Below are positions 36,751 to 48,866 of a stretch of DNA of 64,000 bases, one piece after another (position 1 is the stretch's first letter; every line of letters begins with the position of its first letter). The notes under the pieces were generated by a model, which was not told the origin of the DNA, did no database searches, and saw only the letters and a program-made list of their open reading frames with translations. Source of the DNA: Lophium mytilinum (Eukaryota); NCBI GenBank assembly GCA_010093605.1, contig MU004183.1, forward strand, positions 1,550,001 to 1,614,000. The letters run 5' to 3'. Made by a program: the position numbers and the translations under genes.

Positions 36751-37087
36751 ATGAAGCTATCCACTTCTCTCAGTATTGTCTTTGCTGGCTTTCTTGGTGC
36801 CGCCTCCGCCCAGGCCAATTACCAAGATTGTGTGAACGGATGTTGGGCTTGCAGAGGAGGCAGTGGATAGTAAGTCTCCGACCCGTCACCAAAAATGGAA
36901 TGCTAACAAGATCGTTGACAGTACGAAAAGCATGGACGACAATTAGTAAGTCTATACATCCTTAGAAGCCTTTCGCGGGGTTGGCAATACTAAGACGCTG
37001 GACAATAGCCTGGACTACTGCAAGAATCAATACTGCAACCCGGAACATGGCCCTATACCCAGTAACATAGGCTGTTATACACCATAA
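36751..37087 (+). CDS. Small secreted cysteine-rich protein (73 aa, 6 Cys)
   Basis: Exons 36751-36869, 36922-36945 and 37009-37087, with two GTAAGT..YAG introns carrying branch sites. Product MKLSTSLSIVFAGFLGAASAQANYQDCVNGCWACRGGSGYTKSMDDNYLDYCKNQYCNPEHGPIPSNIGCYTP. Confidence 0.85.
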
Positions 37088-37177
37088 GCAACCGGTTGCA
37101 AAAGCCGAGATGCCAGAAAGCGTGAATGTTCGCCGTAGACCGTAAACCACATACGTTGATCCACCACCTGCTCTTAC

Positions 37178-37816
37178 TCACTCATCGTTCTTCTTCGCCT
37201 CGGGCCGCTTCTCCCAATCTTCCTTCAACAACCCCAGTATTATTTGGTCGAAAAACTCCCCTGCCTTGAGAATCTGCTTCTTCTGAACACCCTCAACGAC
37301 AAACCCACACTTTTTCAAACACCGCTCGCTACCCGTATTACCAACAGCTACCTCCGCTGCGAGCTTTAGATAGCCCTTCTCTCGGAACCCATACCCCGTT
37401 ATCGCCTCTAGGGCCTCCGTCATGATGCCCTTTCCCCAAGATGCTTCCCCCAGCCAATAGCCCACCTTTGCGGTATGCGCCTCGATATCCCGGCCAGGCA
37501 TGAAGCCAATGAGGCCGAGGACAGTGGTTGGGTCGGTCAGGAGGGTGATGGCGAAATGGTTGTACGGCGGTTCGAGGTTTTGGGCGATCCATTTGGTGGC
37601 GTGCATGAGGGTGTAGGGAATCGCGAAGTAGGAGCTCATGTAGCGTGCAACGGCTGGGGAGTTCTGGGCGAAGGCAACGGAGGGTATGTCTTGGGGGTGC
37701 ATGGGACGAATGCTAAGGCGGGCGGTGGTGAGGATAGGCTCCGGGAGGGGTGAGGATTCGGATACGGGAATCGTTTGTAGCGGCAGATGAGCCGTAGGAG
37801 GTGGTGTAGTAGACAT
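37178..37816 (-). CDS. GNAT acetyltransferase, RimJ/RimL type
   Basis: TARLSIRP, VGYWLGEASWGKGIMTEAL and NTGSERCLKKCGFVVEG. ATG at 37816. Confidence 0.92.
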   Translation of the reverse strand: MSTTPPPTAHLPLQTIPVSESSPLPEPILTTARLSIRPMHPQDIPSVAFAQNSPAVARYMSSYFAIPYTLMHATKWIAQNLEPPYNHFAITLLTDPTTVLGLIGFMPGRDIEAHTAKVGYWLGEASWGKGIMTEALEAITGYGFREKGYLKLAAEVAVGNTGSERCLKKCGFVVEGVQKKQILKAGEFFDQIILGLLKEDWEKRPEAKKNDE

Positions 37817-37985
37817 TGGAATTCTTGTTCTTGTATTTGTCGATTGAGTTTTGATAGGCACTTTTCAGTGTCAAGTTAAGTAAGATGCTTCCAAGTAGTG
37901 AGTTGTGTCGAGCTTTTGAGAAAGCGTGAGTGCTAGCAGGTCAGTTGAAGCGAAGATGATGTGTTTGCTCTAAGTGCTCCATCCG

Positions 37986-38021
37986 TGACTCATGAGAATA
38001 GTCCTCGGTTGTTTTGAGTCA
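37986..38021. promoter_or_regulatory. Two Gcn4/CpcA (AP-1)-type sites
   Basis: TGACTCA at 37986-37992 and TGAGTCA at 38015-38021, 170-205 bp upstream of the GNAT ATG. Confidence 0.45.
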
Positions 38022-38420
38022 AACGCGAATCAAAACGCGATATACGAAGAAAACTCAGGTGTCTGTAGTTAGCTAGGATGGTAGACGACCTGCCTTTTTA
38101 GGAGGATCTTTGTGTACGAACGTTACTCTGGGCTGAGGAGTGAGACGGGAGTCGTACTCGGAAGACGTGCTAGACAGGGCTTCTACCATGGGATGAGTAT
38201 ACTTACTAGAGGACATGCAGACCACAGTGTCCTGAAGATCAGGATATTGCTGAGCCCAGATACGGACGATGGAATTGGAGTGGGTTCAGACGGGAGCCAT
38301 CGTGAGGTTTGAGGTTGGGCGCTTGGACCAAGCGTGTGAATCAGGTAACGCCAGTGCCCGCATCGCGAAGTTCCCAACGCGTGAAACATCGTCTCTTGTT
38401 TATTTCCCTACATCCCCACC

Positions 38421-39679
38421 ATGGCTTCCCCCACCAAGATGCGGTATGTGGACGCGTTCGATTGTCTGGACCATTCTAACTATGCGATAGGAAAACTATG
38501 AAAACCTATTCACGAAGCCGAAAACACGCTGTACACGATGAGGAACCCGCGCCGAAGCGCAGGCGCGTTGAGTCCACCACTGCGCCAGCACCAGCAAAAC
38601 CAGCACCTCCAAAGCACTCGATAGAGAACTACTTCTTCAAGGTCCAGAGACCTCCGCCCGCTCGATCTTCCAGCCCCAAGTCTTCACCGGGTATCTTCTC
38701 AGACGAGGTCGCAACCCCATCTACACCACCCTCCTCTCCCCCTCCCCAAACAACGTCGCCAGCTCTCCCAGCGCGGAAGCCACTGTTCGCTTTCCTCGGC
38801 AAGAAAACAGCGCACACCAAACAACCACTTGGGGAGACAAGTCACAATGTCCAGACAGCAGCCCCACAAGCGGAAGTTCCAGCAACAAAGAAGAAGCGCC
38901 TCGCTCAGATGCAGATTGACCTGGGGGGCGAGACGAGCAAAAGCTGCAATGTTTGCGGCATGGACTACATCCCCTCGAATGCAGAGGACGCGGCCTTGCA
39001 CAGGAAATACCACGCTATGAAGACTGGAGGCGTAGATCTAGGAAAATCATCTATGGAAACCATGAAGAAGAGAAAGGTGTGGGATGGAGATGACGGCAGC
39101 TTCATTGCTGTGATACACAGAAAGGATACACTGGCTTTCCGGAATAAAGCGACACAGGTACTAGAGGTCGTTAACACGGAGCTGGGGGCAGTGACAATCG
39201 AAGATGAGAAGCTATGGAGCCAGATTATCGACACCGGCCAATCGTCGAAGGAATCGGACGACGAATTGACCGAAGTTGAGAAACGGGCGCGCTCCAGCAG
39301 TGATCGCTTCAAGGTTTACCTCTATATCCGGGGCCAGAAGTGTATTGGCGCATGTTTGGCCGAGAGGATTCAGAAGGCTTACGCGGTTCTGCCTCCGGAT
39401 GATCCGATCGAAGAACTTCTATCAGACTCGCCCTCTCCTATTTCGATCAGTCAAACGGCCGACAATGCAATGCTGGGCATCTCTCGCATATGGACGTCCA
39501 ACAAGCACCGCAAAGCCGGCATTGCGACAGCTCTGTTGGATTCGGCGACGTCGGACTTCCTCTACGGGATGTGGGTGCCCAAGGATCTGGTGGCCTTTAG
39601 CCAGCCAACGGATAGCGGTGGTCAATTGGCGCGAAAGTGGTTCGGGGTGCAGTCTGGATGGCATGTGTATGTCGAATGA
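38421..39679 (+). CDS. ECO1: Cohesin (Smc3) acetyltransferase Eco1
   Basis: Exon 38421-38443, intron 38444-38490. PIP-like QMQIDLG, C2H2 finger CNVCGMDY..ED..LH..YH, GISRIWT and AFSQPTDSG. Confidence 0.95.
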
Positions 39680-40050
39680 TGTTCTGGCTGGAGTGGTGTA
39701 GTACTAGCAGCTATCAGATGTCAGTGTCGCGTGGGACTACCTGTGGACCCTGAGGGACGAACTGTCCAACGTCGCTGTTAGCATATAGCTTCCGATATCC
39801 AGACAACGATGCCATGACATGAAACTCTGGCCCGCTGGCGCTCCCTTTGATGTGACTGTATTGTTTTCAGCGTGGGGGTCCAGCTCAAAGGCGGTGAAAG
39901 GCCCTCTGGCGGGGGGCCAAGCTGGGAGCGGATCGCGAGCGCCAACGAACGCCCATGCGGCGACGATCTGACGACGCCCACCAGTCTCTGCCAGACTTCT
40001 AGAGGGCCTCTGCATGTACATAGCACAATGAATTGTCCCTAGTCCTCGCC

Positions 40051-42139
40051 ATGTCTGGGAACCCCTTCCGTCTCTCTCTGCACCAGAAACAGCCCGTCGT
40101 CCACCATGAGGCTACCCTCAGCTTTCCCGATGCTCCCACTGGTAGGGCTGACGCCTCAGGGCAGCAGAAAGATACTGGTACACACCGCTGCAGATGCCTC
40201 ACCTGTCGAGCGGAGCACCCTGAGTAACTCTGTCGCAGTGATCCCTGCCTCAACGCCGGCCAAGACGACAAAGAAAGTCCGCATTGAATCTCCCTCGTCC
40301 TTCCCTCCGCATCCGGGCTTTCCTACGCCCAGTGACTCGATTGCCCACCGCTCGAGCATCTCAAACAATATAGGCCCGCTGCCTCCCGCCTCGCCTACAA
40401 GCTCGTCAGACTCGCTAGAAGACTATGAGGAATATCCGTTGAATGCCGATGTGGGAAAACATGGAGAGGAGGACCAGACGCTGATGCGGAATACCAAGGG
40501 GATGGCCAGCGCGGGAGGAGGCACTTCTGGGCCAATAGCGGGTGGAATTCCTGCAAATCCATTTCAAAAGACCCTGGCCACTATCGAGCCTTCAGTGAAG
40601 TCCCCACTACATCGCGAAGGGCCGTTGGAGCGGCGCACTCCGGACAAGACTGGCGCGGGCAACGCTCGAGCTTCCATGGACGTTGATGCTTTCACGAGGC
40701 TCCTCATGACTGGGAATGCGAGTCCTTCGGCGTCCGGAGCGTCGGCGGTGCCCCAGAACCCGAATGTGGCAGGTATCAAGGTCGAGAGCAGCAGTAGCAC
40801 AGACACATCTTCGATATCACGACAGTCGATATTCGAGCCAATACAAGAGGCCCACAGCGAAACACCGCGGACGTCGTACGAGATGGCAGCGTCGGACGAC
40901 GAGGACCAGACCAGTCTGGTGGGAGAGCCTGTGAAGGCTGAGAAGAAGAAACCGAAACCTCCACCACCGAAGCACAGACATGGCAAGCTTGTTGCATCAC
41001 GAACTCCGCAGACTGTCTCTTTCTCAGACTTCTCCCCGTCCTTTGTCGAGCCTACAACACCCCCCTCATCGTCATCAAGATCAGCAATAAGCCCATCGTC
41101 CATTAGGAGCAGAAACAACTCCGACCTCAACAAACCCCTCCCTCCGCCGCCGGAGCCATCATACTTCCCCCAAGAGACCCAACACACCTCACCAGCCGTA
41201 TCCATAACCCCAGAGCCCCAAATCCATCCACAATCCCCGAGTCCGGAACCCGCGTCCTCCTCCTCAATCCCACAAAAACGTGTCCCTCCAGCACCCCCGC
41301 TCGCCCGCCGCCACAGCACCCTCCGCTCCAACACTCAAAACCGCTCCCGCAGCAACTCCTCTCTCACAATCTCCTCCCAACTCTCCGACACCCCGAGCCC
41401 CAACGACGCCGGTCCTCACCCCCTCTCCACCACCTCGACCTACAAACCCCCGCCTCCGCCGCCTCCCTCCCGCCGTCACCATGGCACCAACCTCGCCAAC
41501 AGCCTCGCCAACTCCGCAAACACCTCCGCCGCCGACTTCCCCTCCACCACCGCCCGCTCCCCATCCGCCTCCACCTCAACCACCACAGTCACCTCCCCAC
41601 CCCCCGTCCCTGCCTCCCGCCGCTCCACCTTCTCCTCCCCGCCACCCTCCCCATCCCTCGGTCTCGCCCGCACTAGCTCCGTGAACTCAGCCCGCCACAC
41701 CAGCGCGCCAGACCCGCCGACTGCGCCGATGGCGCCCCCACCTCCGCCACCGCGGCGGCGCGGCAGGGGCAGCGGCGACAGCGACGGCCGCGCGAGCCTA
41801 GACGGCCAGCGGCCGAGTGCGAGCGCGCTGGCGTTGAGTTCGCCGGAGGGGAGTCGGCGGACGAGTGGCGAGGGGCGGCGGAGCGCGGAGTTCCATTCGT
41901 ATAAGCCAGAGCGGGAGCGGGAGGGGGTGAATCGGCGGGCGAGTCAGGCGAGCGAGAGTAGCTTGCGGTATGAGTACGTAGGGGGGCCTGCTGAGAAGCC
42001 TGCTGAGGTGGGGAAGGAAGGGGGAGCGGGGACAGAGGAGGAGATCCAGACAACGGGGGATTCGGCGGCGATATTGGATGATATGGAGAGGTTGCAGCGG
42101 GAGGTGGATGCGTTGAGGGAGAGGTATGGGGGAGTTTAG
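40051..42139 (+). CDS. Uncharacterised Pro/Ser-rich disordered protein with C-terminal coiled coil
   Basis: Exon 40051-40177 (MSGNPFR..) joins in frame over intron 40178-40238. Repeated PPPPPxRR motifs and terminal ILDDMERLQREVDALRERY. Confidence 0.85.
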
Positions 42140-42922
42140 TAGATTTGAGGGGGGTTTATGTGTGTGAGATTTGTTGGGTGTTATCATAGCGGGGATTTTT
42201 GATTCATGTTATATTGTTTTGAGATCGGGGGTTGGGAGGGGTGGTGGCGTTTTGGGTTTCTTCGCACGCATTTTTGGTTGTTCATGATGGATGGGTTGGG
42301 ATTGCATTAGTCGATGAAAGCAGAGTGCATATTCTTCGCGTGTGGAAAGGCATGCGGTGGAGAATACAGTACTAGGATTCAAGTTCGTGCACGACGTTTC
42401 CTTCCATCTCGTCCCGAATGATATGGGTGCTGATTTCAGCTTCAGAGACCTGACACCCTGGAACAGAGTTCATGCTGCGCTGAAGCACCTTTAGCGGTGG
42501 TAAGCAACTGTAAAGACATAATTCCGGCGAGGCATGGTTTGCATGGTCAAGCTAAAATGATCATATATTGTATTGTAAATGCGATGCTCTATGGAACGCT
42601 ATGCGGAAGACATTTGTATCGTAAATAGTGCTCGCAAACAATCGAAGAAGAGAAAAGAAGTGTCTAATGCAAGGAGAGCGAGAATAGATCCTACGAAAAT
42701 GCCGATGCATGACGACCAGGTTGCGCCAATGTATGCTCATAACGCATTAGAGAGCTTGCATGTCTAACATGCTAAACGAGAAAGTTCCTCAACGTCGACG
42801 TCCAGGTACTGACGGAAGAAAATGAAAACGGAAAGAATTGATCAACAGGCACTGCACTGCACGCCCCAACAATCCCAGACCTTGTTACTTGCAGAGATCG
42901 CCTACGCCTGCGTCTGTTACCC

Positions 42923-44863
42923 CTACATCGCGCCACTCACCACACTCTTTTTCCGACTTTTACTAGCCGTACTCCCTTCGATCATGCTCGCGGTGATGCC
43001 TCTGATGGGCAACTCCCCCACGCCCGATACCCCCGAGTCCTTGCGGTGGCTCTTACTCGGCTTCACCGTGCTCGCATCACTGGGCTCTGAGATAGCAGAG
43101 GGGTGCACAACATCCACCTCCTCATCCTCATCATCCCGATGCGAGCGCGACCGCCTCGAATGCTTCGACGAACTCGAATGTTTCGAGTGCTTCGACGTAC
43201 TGGAGTGGCTCGAGCCAGAATGGCTTCTCCCAGCCGACGAGTGCTTCGAGTGATGGCTGCGCCGCGAGCTCGACCCCGCGTTCGAGATGCTATCGCTCGG
43301 CGCGACGGTGTCGGTATCGCAGAGCTCGAGGTCGAGGTGCTTGTTCCTGCGCCGCTCGCTCTCGCTGTCCGTCGTGCTACCTACGCTCTCGCGCTCCCAC
43401 GTCTGCTCTGAGATCAGGCCCGGGATGGCGAGGTCGCGGCCGAGGATGCTGCCGACGAGGGAGGGCGCTTTGCTGCCCTCCTTCGTCTTGGAGGCGGAGC
43501 TGTGCTTGCTCGCGCTGCTGTGCCGCGAGACGTGCGACTTGGCCTTCGACTTGCTGGAGTGGTGCGAGTGCGTGCTGCCGGTGCTGCTGCGGCGGTCAGC
43601 GGGCGCGGGGCGCGAGGTCGATGCTTCCGAGGGGACGAAGGAGGAGATGAGGGTGCTGGGCGGCGCGGTTCGGGACGCCTGGACGGCGCTGGGGCTCGAG
43701 ACGGAGCGGCTCATGGCGTAAGTGTAGTGGTGGTTGGCCGGGGAGCCGCCTTGGATGTACTGAATCTGCGGGTTTTGCTGGCGCTCTGGGATCTGAGTTG
43801 GTGCCCGCGTCGGGGCAGCAGACACGTACGTAGGAGCGTGGTAGCTCCTTGCAGGTGCCGCCTCGATGGCGCGAGGTGCGTCGTGGTGGGGGGTGCTGTA
43901 GTAGGAGTCGGTCTCGCTGTAGTTGCGGTGAACAGTGCGTGGGGGGGATTCGTAGATGGATTGTGGCTCTTGGAGCGATAGCCTGGGTTGCGGCTCTGGC
44001 ATCTGCGGGGCAGCAGACGGGGCGCGCGGTGCTTGCGGTGCTTGCGGTGCCTGGGCGGCGTTGAATTCGGCCTCTGCTTTTGCGCTGCTTTCTTCGCTCT
44101 TGACCATAGCGTAGGCGACGGCTGCTCCGGCTGCGGCGCCTAGGAGGGTTCCGATCAACTTCTTCGCGGCTCCGTCGCTGATTGAGGACGAGGTCTTGGT
44201 GGTTTGGACAGTGACAGGAGCAGAGAAACTCCTGGCGAGGGTGGATGCTCTGGAAACGACTGATGGGGCTTTACTTGAGGGGGCTACAGAGGGTGCTGGT
44301 GCGGGTGTCGGCATGAGAGCTTTCGATCTCGAACTGCGAACGGTGCTGGCGCTGGCTACGCTGACATCGTCGCGGATACTTTCGGAGACGCTCTTCTGCC
44401 AGGTAATGACTCTACTGTGCTCAATGACAGTGCCGTCGTCGTAGGTGTCAGGCTGATTTCGGAAGACTACTTCAATGCTGTTGCCATCGAAATCGAGGAT
44501 CGCTGCATTGAAGTAGCCGCTCTCTTGGTCGCGGGTGGCAGGTGACCCATGGGGCCGTCCGCCGGCGGTGAGGGCAGCAGTATAGAAGTCCCGGACAGCA
44601 GTGCGACTAAGAGCAGTAAAGGCGATATGAGCTGCTCCAGCTTTTATACTGTTGAAGTGTTAGCTGGTGTGAAGTGTGACACTCGGGACGACTTACCCAG
44701 GCGTCTCTTGGCAGAGGAAGAAATCAGCGTCGTCAATCCCGAGACCGATTTGATTGCCTTGCTGGCCAATAAAGCGATAGCCCAGCGGCTGTAGAGCAGC
44801 GAGAAAAAACGAACAGGAAGTTGGGAGGTGTGAGACAGTAAGGCCAATGTGGGAGACGGGCAT
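42923..44863 (-). CDS. Glyoxalase/VOC-domain protein with long low-complexity C-terminus (630 aa)
   Basis: MPVSHIGLTV..FFLAALQPLGY, HIAF and LDFDGNSIEVV. Removing intron 44696-44649 puts exon 1 in frame with the 463-aa ORF. Confidence 0.88.
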
Positions 44864-44894
44864 GGTACGTGAGTGGGGAAATGGCGGTGTCGAC

Positions 44895-44920
44895 GAGAGA
44901 GAGAGAGAGAGCGAGAGAGA
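44895..44920. repeat. (GA)n microsatellite in 5' leader
   Basis: Near-perfect GA run just upstream of the ATG at 44863. Confidence 0.8.
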
Positions 44921-46296
44921 AAGACGAATTAAGAATAGAGATAGTGTCTAATGAGAAAGAATAGAAGATTGTTTGTGGAGAAGGACACAAACAATTGAGA
45001 ATAGTGGTAGAGTAGTAGCAATAGCGCACAGTTTGACAGCAACTCACTCTGGGGATGTCACGGCTCCTTATGAAGGGGCCCCTTCGAGCAGCCGCTTAGA
45101 GATGAATCTACGATGGGAAGGACAAGGCGGCCATCCCGGGCCAGACATGCCGCCCTGTCCATGGCGGTTGGCGGCCAGGGAGTCCGTTGCGAGGGTCGTT
45201 GACAGAATGCCACATGTCCATCCTGCAGCTAGCAGATGGGGACTGAGGAGAGGAAGCAATTGGATAACTAGCACCGGCCCGAGCGGCCTGTTCCGCGACT
45301 CGCCAGCAGATCGCCTCACCGCGCTGCAGAATAATCACTCGCGCCTCACTACTCCTGCACCGCTTTGAGATGGAAGGGATTATGACTGCCCTGCTCCGCC
45401 CGAGGAATGCAGAAAGCCCGTTTCGGTATACTGAGCTACTCCCCATTCGACTACGAGCCGACCATAATCTTCACCACACGCACAAGACATCTCGGCCACA
45501 TGGCATCGCGAGATCTGCTCGTCTCTGCTATGCATCACTTATGCACTCTGCAATGTCTCGTGACATATCTCCATATGCCTCCCTGTACAGCTTGTGGCAT
45601 CTCAGAGTACTTTCAGGTGTCTACACCAGACAGGAGTTGAGCACTTCGAACGACGAGTATCTCATGATGCCACCTCAGACAGTGGCAGATACGTGTACAC
45701 CAATCGAGCGTGTGACCATCGGAACAATCGAGCATGTTCTCATGCAAACTTTTGTCTGCCAGCCACATCTGTCATTATAATAATCTCTCCGCACCTATGG
45801 CAATCGCCTAGATGCGTCACTACCTAAATCACCCAACAATCCACCCGTGGTCTCGTATCAGGTCGTCTGCACATGATCGCCATGCCACAGGTCCATACCG
45901 TGAGACAGCCCGTCCCGCGAAGCAGACCCAGCCACCTCGGTGAGCGGGGGCGCCTGCGGACAATCCAGCGCGCCAAAGAGGAAAACAAAGAAGGGAAGTA
46001 CAGGAGACTGCAGAGCAAGTTGATTGCTCCGCAAAGAAAAGACATTTTTGAGCTTGTTGAAGGCTGGTGTTTTGGTTGTAAAAACAGAGACCATCGAACA
46101 GTGAAACTCAAAAACAACGCAAGAGACGCACCCGGCTATGGATGTTGTGATCGCAAGCCCGATGCGCCCCGCGCTCTACTATATCGTTCCTCCGGTATTC
46201 CATCCTCTCCCCAATGGGCTGGAGGACTGCCGTGTTAGTATCGTCCAGGCTGGAAGCGGGAGCGTGTCGTAAGAGGATAGGGCGTCGGCCCTCCAC

Positions 46297-47303
46297 TTAT
46301 ATAATGTTCCACACATCCTCGGCTGCATGGCAGAACTTGCTGCATGCAACGCTGGCGCTGAGATTGAAGTTGCTGATCCCGATCGCGTCGTCCTTGATGT
46401 GATCTGCGAAGTCGTCGTTGCCCTTGGCCATGGCACCAATGAAGACGCAGATGCTCTCGTCCTTGTTGAGGCCCTGGATGTAGTCCGTCACCCGTACTAC
46501 AGGCGCCTCGAAACTCAATGTAACCTTTCGACAGTTTGACGGGAGATGGTCGGTGATGGGATTCTTGATCACGTGGATGAGCTTCTCTTGCGAGGTGGTG
46601 GAGCGAATTTGGTGTCGGTGTAGCAGTTGGACCATCAAACCAGCGAAGCGCTTGAATGTCCGGGGAATGCGCACAGTCGGGCTGACCTCTATGAGAACAT
46701 TCTTTGCCGTCTGGATGTAGATTTGAAGCTTCCCAGCTTTATTGATCGGCGAGTCGAGCAGGGTGAGCAGACACTGCACGACTTGTCAGATGTGTCCCTC
46801 AGCTTTGTCCGCTAGACGTACCTGATGTGTAATGTCTGGGCGAGCCTCGCTGATGTCTCGGCCCATCTTCCTCATGACTCCGATGTGGTCGTCGCTGTTG
46901 AGGAGAGTGTACTTGTCGTCCCGTCCCGCCATGGGGCCTCGGCCGCCATGCGACGATACCTTGTAGCTTTCGAGTGTGGCATTGCAGAGGACGACGATCA
47001 GTCGCTGGGTGCTCTTGTCGCTCGATGGGATGGGGACGTGTTGTTCAGCGACGAGCTTGGGGAGGTCTGGCGGTGGTAGAGATTGCGTTCCTGCATAGCG
47101 GGGGGAAGCATTAGTGGGCGACATCTCGCTGGGCATCTCTGAGGCGCGATGGAAGAATGAATGGTAGGAATATAGAGGGAGGATGGGGCAGGGCTGAACA
47201 GGGCAGTGTTGAACTGACTGATGCGTTTTGTGCCTCGTTCCTGCATCACGGAGTCTCTCGAGCCTCGTCGCGACTCGGATTTTGGGTTTTGAACTCCGAC
47301 CAT
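46297..47303 (-). CDS. EMG1: 18S rRNA pseudouridine N1-methyltransferase Nep1/Emg1
   Basis: [43 protein letters not shown] and IGAMAKG. Introns 47218-47091 and 46821-46774. Confidence 0.96.
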
Positions 47304-48027
47304 GGTGGTTGTCAGTGCGAAACGGCGCCGGTGAATAATGCAATGCGGTAAGCAGAGTCAGAGGCGACTGGCAGAGGTTAGGTAACTAGTAGAGCAGTGT
47401 AGTGGAACCTATGAGCACGTCAGTAGTAGGCAGCGGGCTTTGTTCTTTATGGTGCTGATGGGTGGTTTGCAACGGAGACTTTGTGGTGCGGAGAAGTTTG
47501 GCGGTAAGACTCAACCCTCCGAAAACTGCACCACGGCGAAAACGCCCCTGCACCAATTAACAGGCCGGCCCGAGATAACTCTGACGACGAGCACCAGCCA
47601 TTCCCTCTGCGGGGAGGTCTGCTGCACAGCGTGATAAACCGCCGAACGGGCACGATAATTGGGGCAGTACCGTTTGTTCTCGTAGCTATTCTTTGAAGTG
47701 CGAATCAATGTTAGTGCATGCTATGGAGTCACCAAACTTGTCGGTTTTTCAGACTCCAATCCGATGCTTGACACGCTTTCAACGGAGTCTTGGGGTGGAT
47801 CAGACGGAGATACGCACTAAATCCAGAAGTAGCTCTATCCTAAGTGTGCACTTTGTGCTCTATGACGCACTCGTCTATAGGATAAGCAGCTTTCTTTCAT
47901 ATGGGCGCAGTTCAATTGATCCTTTCTTAATATCTACTATAAATTTATAAGAAACTTTGTAGCACTGCCAACACTCCGCAGAAATTGACACCCTGTTTGT
48001 CACCGATCTACGGACTACAGTTCCAGC

Positions 48028-48866
48028 ATGACGGACACAATCAACAAGAGGCTTACCCTCCAAGGCAAGGTGGCCATCGTCACCGGTGCTTCGCGAGGCA
48101 TCGGAGCTGGTGTGGCCTTGGATCTAGCCAAACGGGGCGCAAAGGTCAGCATCGGACTTCACCCTGCAGGCTCACCCGCACATGGACTGATAGTGCTCAG
48201 GTCACCATAGCGTATACATCACCGAGAAGCTCGCAGCCGGCAGATGACCTTATCTCACAAATCAAAGCGCTTGAGAACGGTGCAGAAGCAATCAAAGTTC
48301 AAGCGGACCTTAGTCAGGTGGAATCCGCAGACAAAATCGTTGCAGCAACCCGGGACGCCTTTGGACCATCTATCGACATCTTGGTGAATAATGCCGGAGT
48401 AGAGATGGCAAAGCCTATTCTTGAATCTACTGCCGAAGACTACGCATTCATCTTCGATGTCAATGTGCGAGGAGCCTGGCTGATGGTGAAAGCCGTCGTG
48501 CCACATCTGCGAGCACCTGGGCGCATCATCAATCTATCCTCAGTGGGAGGACGTTGCGGCTTCGAAAACTTCTCGCTCTACTCGGCATCCAAAGCCGCGA
48601 TTGAGGGAATGACTAGAGGGTTCGCAGCAGAATTGGGCCCCGCAGGGCATACGGTCAACGCAGTAGGCCCGGGGCCTATACAGTCTGAGATGCTGGACCA
48701 GATTCCCAAAGACCTCGTCGACATGCAGAAGAAACAGACGCCAATGGGCCACCGAGTAGGCACTGTAGAGGACGTCGCGTTGATAATCGGGATGCTCGCG
48801 GAAGAGCAATCGCAATGGGTTACTGGCCAGACTATTTCCGCAAGTGGCGGTTTCCTCATGCTCTGA
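48028..48866 (+). CDS. Short-chain dehydrogenase/reductase (classical SDR)
   Basis: TGASRGIG, DILVNNAG and YSASK. Intron 48145-48200. Confidence 0.94.

Noticed and set aside
40564..43981. Many antisense and alternative-frame ORFs of 100-250 aa (also at 6.7-7.9, 24-25 and 58-59 kb)
   Set aside because: These are shadows of GC-rich, low-complexity real genes and carry no independent motifs.
47091..47218. Intronic snoRNA in EMG1 intron 1
   Set aside because: No C/D box pair or H/ACA layout is visible.
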